From positions 3,392 to 67,391 of the forward strand of contig CALBHX010000028.1 of assembly GCA_937892925.1 (NCBI GenBank): DNA of 64,000 nucleotides, written 5' to 3'. Below the pieces are notes generated by a model. The model did no database searches, was not told where the DNA came from, and saw only the letters and a program-made list of their open reading frames with translations. The stretch comes from an uncultured Lentisphaeraceae bacterium (GTDB lineage Bacteria; Verrucomicrobiota; Kiritimatiellia; RFP12; DVOR01). Positions 42,633-51,543 of the stretch are shown in pieces (positions within the stretch are counted from its first letter, which is position 1; every line of letters starts with the position of its first letter). The translations under genes were made by a program, and so were the position numbers.

Positions 42633-43239
42633 AACCGTCCTCCTATAAGGATAATGTAGGAGGGCATTATAGCACAATGATGTACCGCCTTGGCTGTAAC
42701 TCCACGCCCCTCATTCCGACCTGTATACACCCCAATACATCCTCCCTTCTTTCCGACCTGCCCGGTATGTTGTCCACCCGGCCCCTGAAACCACCCCGGG
42801 GCGGACGCCCCTCAAACCCGCCCCGACTTTAAGATGAACCCGCCCCGGACTTGCCCAAGCTCCAATGCGGGCTTAAAATCCCCTTACAAATCAACCGCCC
42901 GTATCTGTTATCAGGCTCTTTGAGAATAGCCCCTCAAGAGCCGTAATCTATTCTCAACTTCATGGATAACTCCCCTTTTCATTCTCAATCATCCACCCCG
43001 CCCAAATCCCCTCAAATCAAAACCCCGCTATTCCAGTTCAGCCCTTTCCACTCTATTCCCCATTTCCACCGCACGTGCGTTAAACCTTTGAAGCAAACCG
43101 TGACAAGCCCCCTCCTCCCGGCATGTCCTCCCGAGAGAAACACCGCCATCGCCCTCACCCTGTCGGCACCCGTATCTCATCTGCACCGCTTTCTGCACAG
43201 AACACGCGCTACCCGGATTCTTTTTGATATACTTTTTGC

Positions 43240-43268
43240 TTGCGTTCAATGCGGAAGTTTGGCATAAT
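43240..43268 (+). promoter_or_regulatory. sigma70-type promoter for tRNA-Gln (TTGCGT-N17-CATAAT) with AT-rich UP-like region
   Basis: -35 at 43240-43245, -10 at 43263-43268, about 20 nt upstream of the tRNA 5' end. Confidence 0.45.
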
Positions 43269-43288
43269 GAACGCGTTTTACTTCTCTC

Positions 43289-43362
43289 TGCCTCATGGTG
43301 TAACGGTAGCACAACTGACTCTGGATCAGTTTGTCAAGGTTCGAATCCTTGTGAGGCAACCA
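43289..43362 (+). tRNA. tRNA-Gln (anticodon CUG)
   Basis: Cloverleaf read by eye: acceptor TGCCTCA/TGAGGCA (U1-A72 as in bacterial tRNA-Gln), anticodon stem ACTGA/TCAGT with loop CTCTGGA, T-arm AAGGTTCGAATCCTT, and 3' ACCA. Confidence 0.8.
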
Positions 43363-43550
43363 CATCAAGCGGCCTGTCTGCATGGCCGCTTTTGTATTTC
43401 CAATACATACGAAGCCCGCCCGGACGGCACTTGCAGTACGGTGCATTTAGTCTCGACAAATACACGGGGGGCTTTGTTATAATAGCGGCAAACCCGGGGC
43501 ATGGCGCTTCCGGGCAGAGAATGGCCTCCGGGCCAAGAAGGAGCGATATC

Positions 43551-43721
43551 ATGGCTTACAAAATCACCGATAAGTGTGTGGCGTGCGGAACCTGTGCCGG
43601 CGAGTGCCCCGTAGAAGCCATCTCGGCAGGTAGCCCGATCTACGTGATTGACCCTGACAAGTGCGTCAGCTGCGGCACGTGCGCCGGGGCTTGCCCGATG
43701 GAAGCCATCGTTGCGGAGTAA
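43551..43721 (+). CDS. 2x[4Fe-4S] ferredoxin (56 aa)
   Basis: Two CxxCxxCxxxCP motifs (CVACGTCAGECP and CVSCGTCAGACP); ATG 43551 has an AAGAAGGAG RBS. Confidence 0.85.
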   Translation: MAYKITDKCVACGTCAGECPVEAISAGSPIYVIDPDKCVSCGTCAGACPMEAIVAE

Positions 43722-43811
43722 CGTCTCCGAGTAACGGAAAAATCGGAGGTTTGGATTCTTTTTCCCGAATCCAAACCTCCGTTTCTTTTGCTCCCCCACG
43801 CACATCTCCCA

Positions 43812-45974
43812 ATGGAAGCACAAACCGTCTTTTACCTCACCGATGCCCCCGAGGCGACTCCCGCCTTTCTGCAAGAGCTTGAATATGGCCTCTCAGATGC
43901 GTTTCAGGCATTTTGCCGTGAACACTTCACCTTCGAAGATCCACTGGACTACCCAGAACTCCGGCTTATTGCCGTGCGTACGCCTGCGGAGCTGGACACC
44001 GCCCTTTTTCATACGCTCGATGAACGCCACTCGCTCTCCGAAGACGGCAGCCACTGCTGCCTTTTTTTGCTGGATGACGAGCTGGCCGGGCGCCCAGTCT
44101 TTGATTACCGACTCGATGGACTCTCCCTCCCGGTCTGGTTTCTGACCTATTTCCCGGCCATTCCAAAGGTGCTCATCACGCGCCCGGGGCACGCCAAGCT
44201 CCACCTGCCTTCTCGCCGCTGGGCGCAAAAACCCTTCTCCGTGATCGCCAACCCCGGAAAGTTCCGGGAGCGGATTGACCACCTCTTCGCCTCTTTCTGG
44301 CTGCCGCGCTTCTGGGACGCTCTCCGCCAATATGTCCGCCGTCGAGCCGGGACCAGCTGGCACACCCCCGGGCACAATAACGGCAACGCCTTCGGACGAT
44401 CCCCTTTTCTGCACGGCTTCCACGATGCCTTCTCCTCCATGATCTTCCGAACGGATCTTTCCGTTTCGGTGGAGTCGCTGGGCGACCTCTCCGACCCCGA
44501 GGGGCACACTCCCCTCTCTGAAGCCCAGCGCCTCGCCTCTGAAATCTTCGGCACCGCTCAAAGCTGCTTCGTTACCAACGGCACCAGCACCTCCAACAAG
44601 GCCATGCTCATGACCCTGTTGCGCCCGGGCGAAGCCGTTCTGCTCGACCGCAACTGCCACAAATCCGTCCACCACGCCGTGGTTATGGCCGGTGCGGTGC
44701 CCCGTTACCTTCCCGCCCGCTACAATGCCCGCCTGGGCGTGTGGGGGCCTATCGCGCTGGACGACCTCAAGGCTGAGCTTGCACGCGCCCAAACCCTTCC
44801 CGAAGCGCAGCGCCCCAAGATGCTCGTGATCACCACCTGCACCTACGAAGGCATCGTCTACCCCGTCTGGGAAATTGGGCGTCTATGTGAAGAAGCCGGC
44901 CTGCTCTTTTATGCCGATGAAGCCTGGGCGCCTTATCTGGCCTTTCACCCCTACTACACCCGGACCTTGCCCGATGGCCGCCAAATGCGCTACAACGCCG
45001 TAAGCGAAATCGGCGGGGCGCATTTCGCCGTGCAATCCACCCATAAGGCGCTTGCAGCCTTCTCGCAAGCCTCCATGATTCATGTTTCCAACCGCTTTAA
45101 AGCGCTTTTGGAAACCGACTCCGGCAAGCCTTTCCGCTGGCTCAGGCGCCGCTTCCATCTGCATGGCCACGGATCCTACGAAAAGTTCTCGCACGATCTG
45201 CACGAAGTCCTCCGTTACTGGCACTCCACCTCCCCTCATTATCCCACCCTTGCCACGCTCGACATGGCCGGCATCCAAATGCGCCTTGAAGGGCTCTTTA
45301 TTCTTGAACAGCGCCTTCATTGGGTGGCGGCCTTCCAGCAGCGGGTGGCCGCTCTTGTTGGCCGCCCCATTCATGAGTGTTTCGCCGGTCTGCGCGCAAT
45401 CGCGGGCAATGACCCGAAATGGAAAGCGCAGGGGTATTTCCACGACCCGCTCAAAATGATGCTTGTTTTCCGCAACGCTAAGGCCTGCGAGGAGTTCAAG
45501 CGCCTGCTTCACGGAGCACACATCCAATGGGAAAAGGCCACCTCCGTAACCATTCTCTTCCTGGTAACCGTTGGAACCGTCCGTGAACATTTCGAATATC
45601 TCTTCCGGTGTATCCGCCAGATGCAGGATGCCATCGGCTTGCCTGACGCACTCCCCGCAGACGCCGAAACGCTGGGGCAGGCCATCGCCGGGCAGCCGGC
45701 CGTTCTCCCGCGGGATGCAGCCCTCTGCGATGGCGAGCTCCTGCCCCTCGAAGCCTGTGAAGGGCGCATCTGTTCCCAGCTCCTAGTGCCCTACCCACCT
45801 GGCATCCCCGTCTTTATTCCAGGCCTGAGAATCACACGCCCCATGATCGACCTCATTCTCGACATCATTCGCCGCGAAGGCACCGATGCCGTCCATGGCC
45901 TTTTTGTGCGCGGCAAACATGCCTTTGTAGAAGTGCTCAACCGAGACGAGGAGCACCGCGTAACGACCGTCTAA
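43812..45974 (+). CDS. Orn/Lys/Arg decarboxylase, family-1 PLP-dependent (AdiA/CadA/SpeF-like)
   Basis: N-terminal wing domain, the major domain with PLP-lysine motif STHKALAAFSQAS, and a C-terminal domain; about 720 aa is typical of this family. Confidence 0.8.
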   Translation: MEAQTVFYLTDAPEATPAFLQELEYGLSDAFQAFCREHFTFEDPLDYPELRLIAVRTPAELDTALFHTLDERHSLSEDGSHCCLFLLDDELAGRPVFDYRLDGLSLPVWFLTYFPAIPKVLITRPGHAKLHLPSRRWAQKPFSVIANPGKFRERIDHLFASFWLPRFWDALRQYVRRRAGTSWHTPGHNNGNAFGRSPFLHGFHDAFSSMIFRTDLSVSVESLGDLSDPEGHTPLSEAQRLASEIFGTAQSCFVTNGTSTSNKAMLMTLLRPGEAVLLDRNCHKSVHHAVVMAGAVPRYLPARYNARLGVWGPIALDDLKAELARAQTLPEAQRPKMLVITTCTYEGIVYPVWEIGRLCEEAGLLFYADEAWAPYLAFHPYYTRTLPDGRQMRYNAVSEIGGAHFAVQSTHKALAAFSQASMIHVSNRFKALLETDSGKPFRWLRRRFHLHGHGSYEKFSHDLHEVLRYWHSTSPHYPTLATLDMAGIQMRLEGLFILEQRLHWVAAFQQRVAALVGRPIHECFAGLRAIAGNDPKWKAQGYFHDPLKMMLVFRNAKACEEFKRLLHGAHIQWEKATSVTILFLVTVGTVREHFEYLFRCIRQMQDAIGLPDALPADAETLGQAIAGQPAVLPRDAALCDGELLPLEACEGRICSQLLVPYPPGIPVFIPGLRITRPMIDLILDIIRREGTDAVHGLFVRGKHAFVEVLNRDEEHRVTTV

Positions 45975-46110
45975 CGAGCCTCGACTCCCTGTTTGAGGGG
46001 CGCTTCACCCTTCAGCCAGACATTCTTTAAATAAGCCGTCCCCTTAAATGGAACGCGCCCTGCCAAACCCGGCGGGGCGCGTCCTTTCCAGCTTAAAGGC
46101 TCTTACCGTC

Positions 46111-46878
46111 TCAAGCTTTCCTTGGCAGGAAGCGCGTACACGGCACCTCCCGCCCGGCAACCACATCGGCCAGCACACTATGGCGCATGCCGTTGGCCAC
46201 CACCACGGTAATCCCCTCCTGCGCTGCACGGGCAGCCACCTGCAGCTTGGTGCTCATGCCGCCGCGCCCCTGACTGCTTGTCTTCTCAGAAACCACGTGC
46301 GTCAGATCTTCTCCAGGAGAAACGATGCGGATAAGCTTGGACTCTGGGGCTGCTGGGTCGCCATCATAAAGCCCATCCACCGAGGAGAGAATGATGAGAA
46401 GATCGGCCTGGATGAGACGGGAAAGGATCCCGGCCAGCTCGTCATTGTCGGTAAACATCAGCCCTTCCACACTCACCGTGTCGTTCTCGTTCACCACCGG
46501 CACAATGCCATAGGCAAAGAACGCCTGGATGCACTGACGAATGTTCGAAGCATGCTCCTCGGTAGAAAAGTCGCTCTTGGTGAGCAAGATCTGCCCCACG
46601 TCAAACCCATTGGCAGCGAACAGCGTGCGGTAGGTATCGAGCAGCAGCACCTGCCCCACCGCACTGAGCACCTGCCGGCGCGCCACGCGATCCACCGTCT
46701 TGGGAAGCGCCACCTGTGCCTTGCCCGCCGCCACAGCGCCCGAAGAGACAATCAATACCTGATGCCCCTGATCGCACAGTGCAGCCACTTCATCCACCAG
46801 CTCCGCCATGCGCGCAATGCTCAAACGCCCGTTTGCGCGCGCCAGAACATTCGATCCGATTTTCACTACGATACGCAT
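46111..46878 (-). CDS. proB: glutamate 5-kinase (short form without PUA domain)
   Basis: Amino-acid kinase fold motifs (VVKIGSNVL, ILIVSSGAVAAG, VPVVNENDTV). Confidence 0.85.
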   Translation of the reverse strand: MRIVVKIGSNVLARANGRLSIARMAELVDEVAALCDQGHQVLIVSSGAVAAGKAQVALPKTVDRVARRQVLSAVGQVLLLDTYRTLFAANGFDVGQILLTKSDFSTEEHASNIRQCIQAFFAYGIVPVVNENDTVSVEGLMFTDNDELAGILSRLIQADLLIILSSVDGLYDGDPAAPESKLIRIVSPGEDLTHVVSEKTSSQGRGGMSTKLQVAARAAQEGITVVVANGMRHSVLADVVAGREVPCTRFLPRKA

Positions 46879-46879
46879 G

Positions 46880-47677
46880 TTACTTCTCCGGAAGTGATGC
46901 CAATAACCCCTGCACCACCGCGCCCGTAAACCCTTTGGCTTCCATCACATTCAGCCCGCGGATCGTCAACCCGCCCGGTGTACACACACGATCCACCTCC
47001 GTCTCGGGGTGGTTGCCCGAGCGCAACACCAGCGCCGCCGCCCCCATCATGACCTGCGCAAAAATCTCTCCCGAAAGCCCCGCCGGAATCCCCATTTGCA
47101 ACCCGGCCGACTGCCCCGCCCGCAAAAACCGCAGCGCGTGCGCAATGCCGCAGCCGGAAAGCGCGGTAATCGCACTAAAGCGCTCTTCCGGGAACTCAAA
47201 AGCCAACCCCAGGTGATCAAAGAGCTCCTTCGCTGCCTTCAGCCCGGCTTCCGTCTCTGCCGCCAATGCCGTTACCCCCGTGCAAAGCCCCACAGCTGTA
47301 TTCGGCATGGCGCGCACAATCTGCACCTCGCGGCTGCGGCTCAAATCTTCCCGCAAATCCGCCAGCGTTACCCCCGCCGCCACCGAGATCAATACCGTGC
47401 CCGGCGCCAATTCACGCGCCAGCGGCTGCAATATCTGGCTCACCAGATAGGGCTTCACCGCTACAAACACCACCGAAGCGCCCTGCACCGCCTCTTCGTT
47501 CGAAAGCACCGAGCGAAACCCCTCCTGCGCCAACTCCGCAGGAAGCCCATTGTGCGGATGCGCAAACAAAATTTCTTCCGGCCGGACGGCTCCCGCACGA
47601 ACCAACCCTTTGGCAATAGCGCCTCCCATATTCCCGGCGCCCAGAATCGCAAGCTTCATCGCAGCTCCTTTCTTCAA
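46880..47677 (-). CDS. proC: pyrroline-5-carboxylate reductase
   Basis: NADP-binding MKLAILGAGNMGGAI N-terminus and P5CR C-terminal dimerisation region; lies directly upstream of proB. Confidence 0.85.
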   Translation of the reverse strand: MKKGAAMKLAILGAGNMGGAIAKGLVRAGAVRPEEILFAHPHNGLPAELAQEGFRSVLSNEEAVQGASVVFVAVKPYLVSQILQPLARELAPGTVLISVAAGVTLADLREDLSRSREVQIVRAMPNTAVGLCTGVTALAAETEAGLKAAKELFDHLGLAFEFPEERFSAITALSGCGIAHALRFLRAGQSAGLQMGIPAGLSGEIFAQVMMGAAALVLRSGNHPETEVDRVCTPGGLTIRGLNVMEAKGFTGAVVQGLLASLPEK

Positions 47678-47834
47678 CCTCTTCTAAAATAACACAATTT
47701 CCCAACGAAACCAACCGTACCGGCCATTTGCCCGCCCAACCCCATCCCGGGCAGATTGAACGCAAAGCCGCCACCAGCGCGGCAGCGGCGGCGGCATTTT
47801 GCTATACTGCCCGCTTCAGGAATTGAGGAGCGTT

Positions 47835-48116
47835 ATGGCAGGATTTGATATTGACCGTGTGGCGCATTTAGCGCGGCTGGCGCTGACAGATGAAGAACGC
47901 ACATTGTTCGGCGGGCAGCTGGAAACCATTGTTGCCTATGTAGAGCGTATTTCCGCGCTGGATGTAACATCGCTCCCAGCCACCCTGCACGGGCACGGCG
48001 TCAACAATATTTTCCGGGAAGATACGCCGAGGGAAGGCCTGGATACGGAGACGGTACTGGACAATGCGCCCGCGCGTGTCGGGGATGAAATCCGGATGCC
48101 CCGGGTGGTAGAATAA
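47835..48116 (+). CDS. gatC: Asp/Glu-tRNA(Asn/Gln) amidotransferase subunit C
   Basis: MAGFDIDRVAHLARLALTDEERTLF...; GAGGAG RBS before ATG 47835. Confidence 0.85.
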   Translation: MAGFDIDRVAHLARLALTDEERTLFGGQLETIVAYVERISALDVTSLPATLHGHGVNNIFREDTPREGLDTETVLDNAPARVGDEIRMPRVVE

Positions 48117-48130
48117 GAAAGGAGCCCGGT

Positions 48131-49576
48131 GTGGAATTCGCAAAGATGACCGTAACCGAGGCCTTGCGCGGCATGCGCGCAGGAGCATTCACCTCCGTTG
48201 AGCTGACGCAGGGCGTGCTGCAGGCCGCGCAAGCCGCGCAAAACACCATTCACGCCTATGTCACCCTCGATGCCGAGGGCGCCCTGGCGCAGGCGGCGGA
48301 AGCCGATCGAATGCGGGCGGCGGGGCAGGAGCTGCCGCTGCTTGGCGTGCCGATAGCCGTCAAAGACAACATGAATGTAAAGGGGCAGCCCTGTACGGCT
48401 TCTTCGCACATTCTGGAAGGCTATGTGGCGCCCTATGACGCTACCGTGATCGCCCAGCTTCGGGCAGCGGGCGCCGTCTTTCTTGGGCGGACAAATATGG
48501 ATGAATTCGCCCTAGGCTCCACCACGCAGACGTCTTACTTCGGGCCAACGGAAAACCCTGTGGCACGCGGATGCATCCCCGGAGGCTCCTCAGGCGGAAG
48601 CGCAGCAGCTGTAGGCGGAGACCTGGCGCTCTGCGCACTGGGAACGGACACCGGCGGCTCAATCCGTCAGCCGGCCTCGCACTGCGGGCTGGTGGGCGTG
48701 AAGCCAACCTATGGCCGCGTGTCGCGCTATGGCATCGTAGCCTGCGCCTCTTCGCTCGACCAGGTGGGGCCTATGACCAAGACGGTGGAAGATGCCGCAC
48801 TGTTGATGAACGTCATCTCCGGGCAGGATGCAATGGATGCGACAAGCCTGGATGAACCCGTGCCGGATTATACACAGGCCTGGATCGAAAGCGAAGGCTC
48901 AGAGAAGCCGCTCGCCGGCATCACGCTGGGCATTCCGAAAGAATATTTCGGCGAGGGGCTGGATCCGGAAGTGCATACACGGATCGAAGAAGCCAAGATG
49001 CGGGCAGAGCGTCTCGGCGCCACGCTGCGCCCGGTTTCTCTGCCAAACACCGCATATGGCATCCCCACCTATTACATTTGCATGACGGCGGAAATCTCGG
49101 CAAACCTAGCGCGTTTCGATGGTGTGCGCTATGGGCTGCGCGTGCCGTGCGATGACGTGATTGAACAATATAAGCGGACACGTGCGGAGGGTTTCGGCGC
49201 AGAGGTCAAGCGGCGTATTCTGCTGGGGACCTTCGTGCTTTCAAGCGGATTTTACGATGCCTACTATAATCGGGCGCAAAAAGTGCGCACGCTCATTCGG
49301 CGCGACTTTGAGGCCGCCTTTGCCCAGTGCGATCTGCTACTCGCTCCCGTTACACCCGAGCCTGCCTGGCCGCTGGGCGTCTATCAGAACGACCCCATTC
49401 GCAACTACCTTTCAGACGTCCTCACCGTGGGCGTCAATCTGGCCGGGTGTTGCGCGCTTTCGCTCCCTGCCGGGAAGACTGCCGCAGGCAAGCCGGTGGG
49501 CGTGCAGCTGATCGGCCCAAACTTCGGAGAGATGATGCTCTTCCGCGTGGCCAAAGCGTTGGAGCTGCCACGCTGA
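48131..49576 (+). CDS. gatA: Asp/Glu-tRNA(Asn/Gln) amidotransferase subunit A
   Basis: Amidase signature GGSSGGSAAAV and Ser-cisSer-Lys triad region; GTG 48131 has AAGGAG upstream, alternative ATG at 48146. Confidence 0.9.
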   Translation: MEFAKMTVTEALRGMRAGAFTSVELTQGVLQAAQAAQNTIHAYVTLDAEGALAQAAEADRMRAAGQELPLLGVPIAVKDNMNVKGQPCTASSHILEGYVAPYDATVIAQLRAAGAVFLGRTNMDEFALGSTTQTSYFGPTENPVARGCIPGGSSGGSAAAVGGDLALCALGTDTGGSIRQPASHCGLVGVKPTYGRVSRYGIVACASSLDQVGPMTKTVEDAALLMNVISGQDAMDATSLDEPVPDYTQAWIESEGSEKPLAGITLGIPKEYFGEGLDPEVHTRIEEAKMRAERLGATLRPVSLPNTAYGIPTYYICMTAEISANLARFDGVRYGLRVPCDDVIEQYKRTRAEGFGAEVKRRILLGTFVLSSGFYDAYYNRAQKVRTLIRRDFEAAFAQCDLLLAPVTPEPAWPLGVYQNDPIRNYLSDVLTVGVNLAGCCALSLPAGKTAAGKPVGVQLIGPNFGEMMLFRVAKALELPR

Positions 49577-49603
49577 GCCGGGATGGGGAAAGGATTTTTA
49601 ACC

Positions 49604-51028
49604 ATGGATTATGAAGTTGTCATTGGGCTGGAGACACACGTTCAGCTGAAAACGCGCACCAAAATGTTCTGCGGATGCGGCACAAGCTTTGGAGCACCGC
49701 CCAATTCTCACGTCTGCCCCGTCTGCCTGGGATATCCTGGTGCACTGCCCAGCATGAACCGCGAGGCCATCCGCTACACCGTGATGGCCGGCCTGATGCT
49801 CGGGTGCCGAATTGCCGGCTATGCAAAGTTCGATCGAAAAAACTACTTCTATCCAGATTCTTCCAAAGATTATCAGATCACCCAGCTGGATCAACCGCTT
49901 TGTCTTGGCGGCGGCGTAGAGATTTCCGGTGAAGACGGTGTGCGCCGCACGATCCGCATTCACCACATCCACCTGGAAGAAGACGTCGGCAAGCTGACCC
50001 ATCGAGCCGGCTGTTCTGGCGTAGACTTCAACCGCGCAGGCGTCCCGCTCATGGAAATCGTCTCAGAGCCGGATCTGCGTTCAGCTGATGAAGCCATCGC
50101 TTACCTGACAGCCTTGCGGGAGATGATGATCTACGCCGGCGTGAGCGAGTGTAACCTCGAAGAGGGAAATATGCGCTCGGACGTGAACATTTCTATTCGG
50201 CCGCGCGGGCAGCAGGCCTATGGCACGAAGATCGAGATCAAGAACATGAACACGTTCAGCGGTATCCACGCCGCCCTCCTCTTCGAAATTGAGCGTCAAA
50301 AATCCGCCGCCGCCGCCGGGCAGCCGCTTCGCCAGGAAACCCGCCGGTGGGATCCTGAGCTCGGCGAGACCTTTGTCATGCGCACCAAGGAAAATGCTGA
50401 CGATTACCGCTATTTCCCTGAGCCTGACCTGATGCCCATTGCCCTCTCGCCCGAACAGGTAGCCGCTTGGGCGGCAGACCTGCCGGAAGCCCCCGCCAAA
50501 CGGCGTACACGTATGATCGCAGAATATGGCATCCCGGAATATGACGCCGGCGTCCTCTCCGCCGACCGAGCCCTGGCCGACCTTTTTGAAGCCGCCGCCA
50601 AACGCTGCGGCAATGGCAAGCTGGCCTCCAACTGGGTGATGGCAGAAGTCTTGGCGTTGACAGCCAAAACCAGCGTAGCACTCACAGACTCTGCCCTCAC
50701 GGCCGAAGCCTTGGGCGACCTGCTCAAACTGCTTGCCGACAAAACCATCAACGGCCCCACCGCCAAAGCCCTCCTGCCCGAACTTTTCGAAAAAGGCGGC
50801 GACCCCGCGGCCATCGTCCGCGAACGGGGATTAGGACAAGTCTCCGATGCCGACGCAATCGAGGCCTTTGTAGACGCCGCTCTGGCCGCCAACCCCAAAG
50901 TCGTGGCCGATTTCAAAGCCGGCAAACAGGCCGCGCTCGGCTTCCTTGTGGGGCAGGTTATGAAACAATCCAAAGGCAAAGCCTCGCCGCAGCTGGTTCA
51001 GGAAATGCTGCGCAGCCGACTGGCCTAA
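49604..51028 (+). CDS. gatB: Asp/Glu-tRNA(Asn/Gln) amidotransferase subunit B
   Basis: MDYEVVIGLETHVQL..., the metal-binding Cys/His region, and a C-terminal GatB/YqeY domain. Confidence 0.9.
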   Translation: MDYEVVIGLETHVQLKTRTKMFCGCGTSFGAPPNSHVCPVCLGYPGALPSMNREAIRYTVMAGLMLGCRIAGYAKFDRKNYFYPDSSKDYQITQLDQPLCLGGGVEISGEDGVRRTIRIHHIHLEEDVGKLTHRAGCSGVDFNRAGVPLMEIVSEPDLRSADEAIAYLTALREMMIYAGVSECNLEEGNMRSDVNISIRPRGQQAYGTKIEIKNMNTFSGIHAALLFEIERQKSAAAAGQPLRQETRRWDPELGETFVMRTKENADDYRYFPEPDLMPIALSPEQVAAWAADLPEAPAKRRTRMIAEYGIPEYDAGVLSADRALADLFEAAAKRCGNGKLASNWVMAEVLALTAKTSVALTDSALTAEALGDLLKLLADKTINGPTAKALLPELFEKGGDPAAIVRERGLGQVSDADAIEAFVDAALAANPKVVADFKAGKQAALGFLVGQVMKQSKGKASPQLVQEMLRSRLA

Positions 51029-51075
51029 CAGAAGCCGTCTGCTGCGTCCCCCCATATACGGCAGGAAAAAGAACT

Positions 51076-51103
51076 TTCATTCCTGTAAAAAAAAAGGTAT
51101 ACT
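51076..51103 (+). promoter_or_regulatory. candidate sigma70 promoter for yajC-secDF (TTCATT-N16-TATACT)
   Basis: AT-rich region with a good -10 hexamer, 57 nt upstream of yajC. Confidence 0.35.
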
Positions 51104-51160
51104 AAGCGAACTTATTTCATTGCCCAGAGCAATGCCCAGATGGATCAAGAAGGACATCGC

Positions 51161-51532
51161 ATGAACGTATTAGCATCCTCTGCGCCGGCCACAACGGCGG
51201 CAACGACCACTCAGCCGGCTCCCACCCCGGAAGGCCAAGCCCAGCCCGGCGGCATCTTTGGCAGCATGGGCGGCTTTCTGCCCCTGATCATTATTTTCGG
51301 CCTTTTCTACTTTATTTTGCTCCGCCCGCAGCAGCGCAAGGAAAAAGAGCGCCAGCGCATGATCGCCGAGCTTCGTGCCGGGCGTAAAGTCTCTTTTGCC
51401 GGCGGGTTGATTGGCACAATTGTAGAAGCGCGCGAACAGACCTTCCTTATTGAACTTTGCCAGGGCACCACGGTGGAAGTGGCGCGCGGCGCAATAACGG
51501 CTGTTCTGGATGAGCCCGAAGCGACGAAATAA
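51161..51532 (+). CDS. yajC: preprotein translocase subunit YajC
   Basis: Single TM helix (LPLIIIFGLFYFILLRPQQRKEKE) then the YajC conserved region (GDKVSFAGGLIGTIVE-like); immediately upstream of secDF. Confidence 0.85.
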   Translation: MNVLASSAPATTAATTTQPAPTPEGQAQPGGIFGSMGGFLPLIIIFGLFYFILLRPQQRKEKERQRMIAELRAGRKVSFAGGLIGTIVEAREQTFLIELCQGTTVEVARGAITAVLDEPEATK

Positions 51533-51543
51533 CGGAGCGCAAC

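Noticed and set aside
41247-42659. 470-aa plus-strand ORF
   Set aside because: Antisense shadow of the rpiB-glyA fusion gene.
45975-46110. Possible terminator hairpin ACGCGCCC...GGGCGCGT between the convergent decarboxylase and proB genes
   Set aside because: The stem is present but the flanking U-tracts are poor on both strands; too weak to call as a feature.
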